Of a DNA stretch of 4,340 bases, positions 1 to 4,340 are shown one piece after another. The stretch is from a virus. Taxonomy: Duplodnaviria > Heunggongvirae > Uroviricota > Caudoviricetes. Where the stretch lies: IMG/VR virus record IMGVR_UViG_3300029376_000268. The stretch is one strand, 5' to 3'. How positions within the stretch are numbered: position 1 is the stretch's first letter; each line of letters starts with the position of its first letter. Made by a program: the position numbers and the translations under genes. The notes under the pieces are model-generated. The model made no database searches and was not told where the DNA came from. It was given only the letters and a program-made list of their open reading frames with translations.

Positions 1-43
1 GGTGATCAATCGAGAACTCGCCAGCTTGCTGCAGGCTTTATAG
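1..43 (+). CDS. wcaL: 3' end of upstream colanic-acid cluster gene, probably the glycosyltransferase WcaL (partial, 5' truncated by window)
   Basis: Frame 2 reads open from the window edge (codons from nt 2) as [13 protein letters not shown] and stops at TAG 41-43, 10 nt before the wcaM start. Assignment to wcaL is by synteny with the canonical wca cluster order only; 13 residues are too few to identify a family. Confidence 0.4.
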   Translation, partial: VINRELASLLQAL

Positions 44-49
44 AGGAGA
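43..49 (+). promoter_or_regulatory. Ribosome-binding site for wcaM (AGAGGAG)
   Basis: The purine-rich Shine-Dalgarno-like sequence tAGAGGAGaa ends about 5-6 nt before ATG 54. It overlaps the stop codon of the upstream ORF, suggesting tight operon packing. Confidence 0.6.
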
Positions 50-53
50 ACGT

Positions 54-1448
54 ATGCCATTTAAAAAACTCTCCCGACGCACCTTCCTGACGGCAAGCTC
101 GGCGCTTGCCTTCCTCCATACCCCTTTCGCTCGCGCGCTTCCCGCCCGACAAATCGTTAACATTAACGACTACAACCCACACGACTGGATCGCCTCATTT
201 AAACAAGCCTTCAGCGAAGGGCAAACGGTCGTCGTGCCTGCCGGATTCGTTTGTGAAAATATCAACACCGGCATCTTCATTCCTCCTGGCAAAACGTTGC
301 ACATCCTTGGAAGCCTGCGCGGCAACGGCAGAGGGCGATTTGTCTTACAGGACGGCAGCCAGGTGACAGGGGAGAAGGGCGGCCGTATGCATAACATCAC
401 CCTGGATGTGCGCGGCTCTGACTGCATCATCAAAGGGTTGGCGATGAGCGGTTTTGGCCCGGTAACGCAGATTTATATCGGCGGCAAAAATAAACGCGTC
501 ATGCGCAACTTGACCATCGATAACCTGACCGTCAGCCACGCTAATTACGCCATTTTACGCCAGGGATTTCATAACCAGATTATCGGTGCCAACATCACCA
601 ATTGTAAGTTCAGCGACTTACAGGGCGACGCCATTGAATGGAATGTAGCAATCAATGATCGCGACATTTTGATATCCGACCATGTCATCGAGCGCATCAA
701 CTGTACTAACGGCAAAATCAACTGGGGCATTGGCATAGGCCTTGCGGGAAGTACCTACGATAATAATTATCCGGAAAACCAGGCAGTGAAAAACTTTGTC
801 GTGGCGAATATCACGGGATCAGATTGTCGGCAACTGATCCATGTTGAAAATGGTAAACATTTTGTTATCCGTAATATCAAAGCTCGTAATATCACGCCGG
901 ATTTCAGTAAGAAAGCAGGTATTGATAACGCCACAGTTGCTATTTATGGTTGTGACAACTTTGTGATTGATAATATTGAAATGATTAATAGTGCCGGGAT
1001 GTTAATTGGCTATGGGGTAATTAAAGGCAAATATCTCTCGATACCGCAGAATTTCCGAGTGAATGATATTCAACTGGATAATACTCATCTTGCTTATAAA
1101 TTGCGCGGCATCCAAATCTCCGCCGGGAATGCTGTCTCCTTTGTGGCGCTGACTAACATTGAGATGAAGCCTGCGTCGCTTGAGCTACACAATAAACCGC
1201 AACACCTTTTTATGCGAAATATCAATGTGATGCAGGAATCCTCTGTTGGACCCGCATTGAGCATGAACTTCGACATGCGCAAAGACGTACGCGGTGTCTT
1301 TATGGCGAAAAAAGAAACACTGCTGTCACTTGCAAATGTTCATGCGATGAATGAAAAAGGACAAAGCTCCGTCGATATCGACAGGATTAATCACCATATT
1401 GTTAATGTGGAAAAGATTAACTTTAGATTGCCGGAACGGAGAGAGTAG
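54..1448 (+). CDS. wcaM: Colanic acid biosynthesis protein WcaM; predicted Tat-exported right-handed parallel beta-helix protein of unknown function
   Basis: 464-aa ORF with ATG start and a strong upstream SD. The N-terminus [28 protein letters not shown] has a twin-arginine motif (S-R-R-x-F-L), a hydrophobic core and an AxA site. The body has recurring N-[IL]-T / N-x-T motifs ([38 protein letters not shown]) typical of beta-helix asparagine ladders. Position directly upstream of galF matches the known last gene of the colanic acid cluster. Coordinates include the stop codon. Confidence 0.92.
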   Translation: MPFKKLSRRTFLTASSALAFLHTPFARALPARQIVNINDYNPHDWIASFKQAFSEGQTVVVPAGFVCENINTGIFIPPGKTLHILGSLRGNGRGRFVLQDGSQVTGEKGGRMHNITLDVRGSDCIIKGLAMSGFGPVTQIYIGGKNKRVMRNLTIDNLTVSHANYAILRQGFHNQIIGANITNCKFSDLQGDAIEWNVAINDRDILISDHVIERINCTNGKINWGIGIGLAGSTYDNNYPENQAVKNFVVANITGSDCRQLIHVENGKHFVIRNIKARNITPDFSKKAGIDNATVAIYGCDNFVIDNIEMINSAGMLIGYGVIKGKYLSIPQNFRVNDIQLDNTHLAYKLRGIQISAGNAVSFVALTNIEMKPASLELHNKPQHLFMRNINVMQESSVGPALSMNFDMRKDVRGVFMAKKETLLSLANVHAMNEKGQSSVDIDRINHHIVNVEKINFRLPERRE

Positions 1449-1542
1449 ATTTGCGACCATTCCTGGAAAAATGGAGCCATACTTAGGAACAATGCTACTG
1501 CAATCCACAACGAAGCGGCGTAACATCACAAGTAATTCAGTA

Positions 1543-1562
1543 ATCAATTCAGGGTAATTGAT
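1543..1562. repeat. Perfect 7-bp inverted repeat ATCAATT-cagggt-AATTGAT in the wcaM-galF intergenic region
   Basis: Read directly: atcaatt (1543-1549), 6-nt loop, aattgat (1556-1562). AT-rich stem with no following T-run, so it is not a classical intrinsic terminator; more likely a protein-binding palindrome or chance. Confidence 0.3.
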
Positions 1563-1608
1563 GCTGGCGAAAAAAATCGAACAAGCTATAATTCAGCAAC
1601 CATTTTAC

Positions 1609-1614
1609 AGGTGG
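1609..1614 (+). promoter_or_regulatory. Ribosome-binding site for galF (AGGTGG)
   Basis: AGGTGG lies 8 nt upstream of ATG 1623. This supports ATG 1623 as the true start rather than the GTG at 1611 used by the ORF track. Confidence 0.6.
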
Positions 1615-1622
1615 ATGAAATA

Positions 1623-2516
1623 ATGACGAATTTAAAAGCAGTTATTCCTGTAGCGGGTCTTGGGATGCATATGTTGCCTGCCACTAAGGCGATTCCCAAA
1701 GAGATGCTACCGATCGTCGACAAGCCAATGATTCAGTACATCGTTGACGAGATTGTGGCTGCAGGGATCAAAGAAATCCTCCTGGTAACTCACGCTTCCA
1801 AGAACGCGGTCGAAAACCACTTCGACACCTCTTATGAATTAGAATCTCTCCTTGAACAGCGCGTGAAGCGTCAACTGCTTGCGGAAGTGCAGTCCATCTG
1901 TCCACCGGGCGTGACCATTATGAACGTGCGTCAGGGCGAACCTTTAGGTTTGGGCCACTCCATTTTATGTGCACGACCTGCTATTGGTGACAACCCATTT
2001 GTCGTGGTACTGCCAGACGTTGTTATCGATGACGCCAGCGCCGACCCGCTGCGTTACAACCTTGCTGCCATGATTGCTCGTTTCAACGAAACGGGCCGCA
2101 GCCAGGTGCTGGCAAAACGTATGCCGGGTGACCTCTCTGAATACTCCGTTATTCAGACCAAAGAACCACTGGATCGTGAAGGTAAAGTCAGCCGCATTGT
2201 TGAATTTATCGAAAAACCGGATCAGCCGCAGACGCTGGACTCAGACATCATGGCCGTGGGCCGTTATGTGCTTTCTGCCGATATTTGGCCGGAACTGGAA
2301 CGTACTCAGCCTGGTGCATGGGGACGTATTCAGCTGACTGATGCCATTGCTGAGTTGGCAAAAAAACAAGCAGTTGACGCAATGCTGATGACTGGGGACA
2401 GTTACGACTGCGGAAAGAAAATGGGTTATATGCAAGCGTTTGTGAAGTATGGGCTGCGTAACCTAAAAGAAGGGGCGAAGTTCCGTAAAGGGATTGAGAA
2501 GCTGTTAAGCGAATAA
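1623..2516 (+). CDS. galF: GalF, UTP-glucose-1-phosphate uridylyltransferase paralog (GalU-like, regulatory/low-activity subunit)
   Basis: Translation from ATG 1623 gives a 297-aa protein [43 protein letters not shown]..., the sugar-nucleotidyltransferase N-terminal fold with the GalU-like motif. The G-L-G-M-H-M variant (instead of GalU G-L-G-T-R-M) and the position between the wca and rfb clusters identify galF rather than galU. The track ORF 1611..2516 starts at an in-frame GTG 4 codons upstream; ATG 1623 has the better SD spacing. Coordinates include the TAA stop. Confidence 0.93.
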   Translation: MTNLKAVIPVAGLGMHMLPATKAIPKEMLPIVDKPMIQYIVDEIVAAGIKEILLVTHASKNAVENHFDTSYELESLLEQRVKRQLLAEVQSICPPGVTIMNVRQGEPLGLGHSILCARPAIGDNPFVVVLPDVVIDDASADPLRYNLAAMIARFNETGRSQVLAKRMPGDLSEYSVIQTKEPLDREGKVSRIVEFIEKPDQPQTLDSDIMAVGRYVLSADIWPELERTQPGAWGRIQLTDAIAELAKKQAVDAMLMTGDSYDCGKKMGYMQAFVKYGLRNLKEGAKFRKGIEKLLSE

Positions 2517-2554
2517 TGAAAATCTGACCGGATGTAACGGTTGATAAGAAAATT

Positions 2555-2618
2555 ATAACGGCAGTGAAGATTAGCGGCGAAAGTAATTTGTTGCGAATTT
2601 TCCTGCCGTTGTTTTATA
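2555..2618 (+). terminator. Putative structured element or weak terminator downstream of galF: long-range inverted repeat followed by a T-rich tract
   Basis: AACGGCAG (2557-2564) is the exact reverse complement of CTGCCGTT (2603-2610), extendable to about 10 bp with one G-U pair. The 3' arm is followed by gttttatat. The roughly 38-nt loop is atypical for a rho-independent terminator, so the call is tentative. Confidence 0.25.
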
Positions 2619-2689
2619 TAAACAATCAGAATAACAACGAGTTAGCAACAGGATTATCGTCAAAGTTTTCCAGGATTTTCCTTGTTTCC

Positions 2690-2774
2690 AGAGCGGATTG
2701 GTAAGACAATTAGCTTCTGAATTTTTCGGGTTTAGCGCGAGTGGGTAACACTCGTCACATCGTAGGCATGCATG
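2690..2774 (+). promoter_or_regulatory. Probable promoter region of the O-antigen (rfb) operon, immediately upstream of JUMPstart
   Basis: Established knowledge: the rfb promoter lies just upstream of the JUMPstart element in the galF-rfbB gap. I cannot pinpoint convincing -35/-10 hexamers by eye; a candidate is TTGGTA at about 2699-2704 with an A/T-rich stretch about 17 nt downstream. Exact boundaries are not supported. Confidence 0.3.
2738..2754 (+). other. Small hairpin CGAGTG-ggtaa-CACTCG in the rfb leader
   Basis: Read directly: a 6-bp perfect stem (2738-2743 / 2749-2754) with a 5-nt loop, about 20 nt upstream of JUMPstart. It could be an RNA structure in the 5' leader or a DNA palindrome. 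Confidence 0.3.
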
Positions 2775-2813
2775 CAGTGCTCTGGTAGCTGTAAAGCCAG
2801 GGGCGGTAGCGTG
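2775..2813 (+). promoter_or_regulatory. JUMPstart element (39 bp) containing the ops (operon polarity suppressor) site GGCGGTAG for RfaH-dependent antitermination
   Basis: Sequence CAGTGCTCTGGTAGCTGTAAAGCCAGGGGCGGTAGCGTG matches, as I recall it, the conserved JUMPstart found upstream of polysaccharide operons. The ops core GGCGGTAG is at 2802-2809 (extended GGCGGTAGCGTG to 2813). It lies in the untranslated leader 76 nt upstream of the rfbB start, the canonical position. Confidence 0.85.
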
Positions 2814-2888
2814 CATTAATACCTCTATTAATCAAACTGAGAGCCGCTTATTTCACAGCATGCTCTGAAGTAATATGGAATAAATTAA

Positions 2889-3974
2889 GTGAAAATACTT
2901 GTTACTGGTGGCGCAGGATTTATTGGTTCTGCTGTAGTTCGTCACATTATAAATGATACGCAGGATAGTGTTGTTAATGTCGATAAATTAACGTACGCCG
3001 GAAACCTGGAATCACTTGCAGATGTTTCTGATTCTGAACGCTATTTCTTTGAACATGCGGATATTTGTGATGCAGCTGCAATGGCACGGATTTTTGCTCA
3101 GCATCAGCCGGATGCAGTGATGCACCTGGCAGCTGAAAGCCATGTTGACCGTTCAATTACAGGCCCTGCGGCATTTATTGAAACCAATATTGTTGGTACT
3201 TATGTCCTTTTAGAAGCGGCTCGGAATTACTGGTCTGCACTTGATGGCGACAAGAAAAACAGCTTCCGTTTTCATCATATTTCTACTGACGAAGTCTATG
3301 GTGATTTGCCTCATCCTGACGAGGTAAATAATAAAGAAGGATTACCCTTATTTACTGAGACGACAGCCTACGCACCAAGCAGCCCTTATTCTGCATCAAA
3401 AGCGTCCAGCGATCATTTAGTCCGTGCGTGGAAACGTACCTATGGTTTACCGACCATTGTGACTAATTGCTCTAACAATTATGGTCCTTATCATTTCCCG
3501 GAAAAATTGATTCCATTGGTTATTCTGAATGCTCTGGAAGGTAAAGGATTACCTATTTATGGAAAAGGCGATCAAATTCGCGACTGGCTGTATGTTGAAG
3601 ATCATGCGCGTGCGTTATATACCGTCGTAACCGAAGGTAAAGCGGGTGAAACTTATAACATTGGTGGACACAACGAAAAGAAAAACATCGATGTAGTGCT
3701 CACTATTTGTGATTTGTTGGATGAGATTGTCCCGAAAGAGAAATCTTACCGCGAGCAAATTACTTATGTTGCCGATCGTCCGGGACACGATCGACGTTAT
3801 GCGATTGATGCTGAGAAGATTGGTCGCGAATTGGGATGGAAACCACAGGAAACGTTTGAGAGCGGGATTCGTAAAACTGTGGAATGGTATCTGTCCAATA
3901 CAAAATGGGTTGATAATGTGAAAAGTGGTGCCTATCAATCGTGGATTGAACAGAACTATGAGGGCCGCCACTAA
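2889..3974 (+). CDS. rfbB: dTDP-glucose 4,6-dehydratase (RmlB/RfbB), extended short-chain dehydrogenase/reductase family
   Basis: 361-aa ORF with a GTG start ([14 protein letters not shown]...). It has the N-terminal Rossmann NAD-binding motif TGGAGFIGS, the STDEVYG motif and the catalytic YxxxK (PYSASK). The C-terminal region (...[16 protein letters not shown]...[18 protein letters not shown]) is typical of RmlB. First gene after JUMPstart, as in E. coli/Shigella/Salmonella rfb clusters. Coordinates include the TAA stop. Confidence 0.95.
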   Translation: MKILVTGGAGFIGSAVVRHIINDTQDSVVNVDKLTYAGNLESLADVSDSERYFFEHADICDAAAMARIFAQHQPDAVMHLAAESHVDRSITGPAAFIETNIVGTYVLLEAARNYWSALDGDKKNSFRFHHISTDEVYGDLPHPDEVNNKEGLPLFTETTAYAPSSPYSASKASSDHLVRAWKRTYGLPTIVTNCSNNYGPYHFPEKLIPLVILNALEGKGLPIYGKGDQIRDWLYVEDHARALYTVVTEGKAGETYNIGGHNEKKNIDVVLTICDLLDEIVPKEKSYREQITYVADRPGHDRRYAIDAEKIGRELGWKPQETFESGIRKTVEWYLSNTKWVDNVKSGAYQSWIEQNYEGRH

Positions 3975-4340
3975 TGAATATCCTCCTTTTTGGCAAAACA
4001 GGGCAGGTAGGTTGGGAACTACAGCGTGCGCTGGCACCTTTGGGTAATTTGATTGCTCTTGATGTTCACTCTACTGATTATTGTGGTGATTTTAGTAACC
4101 CAGAAGGTGTGGCTGAAACCGTCAAAAAAATTCGTCCTGACGTTATTGTTAATGCTGCTGCTCATACCGCGGTAGATAAGGCTGAGTCAGAACCCGAATT
4201 TGCACAATTACTCAATGCGACAAGTGTTGAAGCGATTGCAAAAGCGGCTAATGAAGTTGGGGCTTGGGTAATTCATTACTCAACTGACTACGTATTCCCT
4301 GGAAATGGCGACACGCCATGGCTGGAGACGGATGCAACCG
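3974..4340 (+). CDS. rfbD: dTDP-4-dehydrorhamnose reductase (RmlD/RfbD), 5' portion; CDS continues beyond the window end
   Basis: ATG at 3974-3976 overlaps the rfbB stop (TAATG). The frame is open to the window end, about 122 codons: [122 protein letters not shown]. It has the Rossmann G-x-x-G-x-x-G-like motif (FGKTGQVG) and YSTDYVF typical of RmlD. Absent from the ORF track only because it has no stop in the window. Confidence 0.92.
   Translation, partial: MNILLFGKTGQVGWELQRALAPLGNLIALDVHSTDYCGDFSNPEGVAETVKKIRPDVIVNAAAHTAVDKAESEPEFAQLLNATSVEAIAKAANEVGAWVIHYSTDYVFPGNGDTPWLETDAT

Noticed and set aside
106-366. 86-aa + strand ORF in an alternative frame inside wcaM
   Set aside because: It lies entirely within the GC-rich 5' part of wcaM, where off-frame ORFs are expected by chance. 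It has no RBS, and its low-complexity T/S/P-rich translation has no recognisable fold.
170-433. 87-aa minus-strand ORF antisense to wcaM
   Set aside because: Same GC-rich region as above, antisense to a well-supported gene, with no start context or recognisable features; judged spurious.
1455-1477. Possible terminator hairpin after wcaM (CCATT-cctggaaa-AATGG)
   Set aside because: Only a 5-bp stem with an 8-nt loop and no T-run; too weak to call as an intrinsic terminator.
1351-1557. 68-aa + strand ORF overlapping the 3' end of wcaM and running into the wcaM-galF spacer
   Set aside because: It overlaps wcaM out of frame for about 100 nt, has no convincing SD and no recognisable motif. It is more likely a chance ORF in AT-rich sequence, though a small protein cannot be formally excluded without ribosome profiling.
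1611-1622. Alternative GTG start for galF, 4 codons upstream of the ATG (the track ORF start)
   Set aside because: The AGGTGG Shine-Dalgarno sequence overlaps this GTG and is correctly spaced for ATG 1623, and the [13 protein letters not shown]-terminus matches the GalU/GalF family start.
2074-2435. Internal ORFs within galF (2074..2337 + and 2241..2435 -)
   Set aside because: Out-of-frame or antisense ORFs fully nested in galF with no independent support.
2571-2816. 81-aa minus-strand ORF spanning the galF-rfbB leader, including JUMPstart
   Set aside because: It lies antisense across a known untranslated regulatory leader, and its Cys/Leu-rich translation has no recognisable domain; a chance ORF.
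3615-4037. 140-aa minus-strand ORF antisense to the rfbB 3' end and rfbD 5' end
   Set aside because: It is antisense to two strongly supported genes, has no RBS and a low-complexity hydrophobic translation; typical of shadow ORFs opposite AT-rich coding sequence.
1-4340. A previously undescribed system (defence island, toxin-antitoxin, CRISPR, mobile element)
   Set aside because: Every substantial ORF is accounted for by well-known polysaccharide genes in canonical order, and the intergenic regions hold known regulatory elements. No CRISPR repeats, IS-like terminal inverted repeats, integrase or tRNA were seen. Novelty here is limited to the uncharacterised function of WcaM and small putative regulatory repeats.

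Overview
This window is the well-known junction between the colanic acid (wca/cps) cluster and the O-antigen (rfb/rml) cluster of an Escherichia/Shigella-type enterobacterial chromosome, with all genes on the + strand. In order: the last 13 codons of an upstream gene (probably wcaL), wcaM (Tat-signal-bearing beta-helix protein of unknown function), galF (GalU paralog), a 372-bp untranslated leader carrying the JUMPstart/ops element for RfaH-dependent antitermination, rfbB/rmlB (dTDP-glucose 4,6-dehydratase, GTG start), and the 5' part of rfbD/rmlD (dTDP-4-dehydrorhamnose reductase) running off the window end. Gene identities rest on my reading of the translated ORFs against remembered protein families; no database search was run. 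I see no CRISPR array, IS element, tRNA or toxin/defence module, and no evidence for a previously undescribed system. The observations most worth a second look are the uncharacterised WcaM protein, the GalF active-site substitutions, the sharp GC drop at the galF/rfbB boundary, and several small structured or repeated elements in the two intergenic regions.
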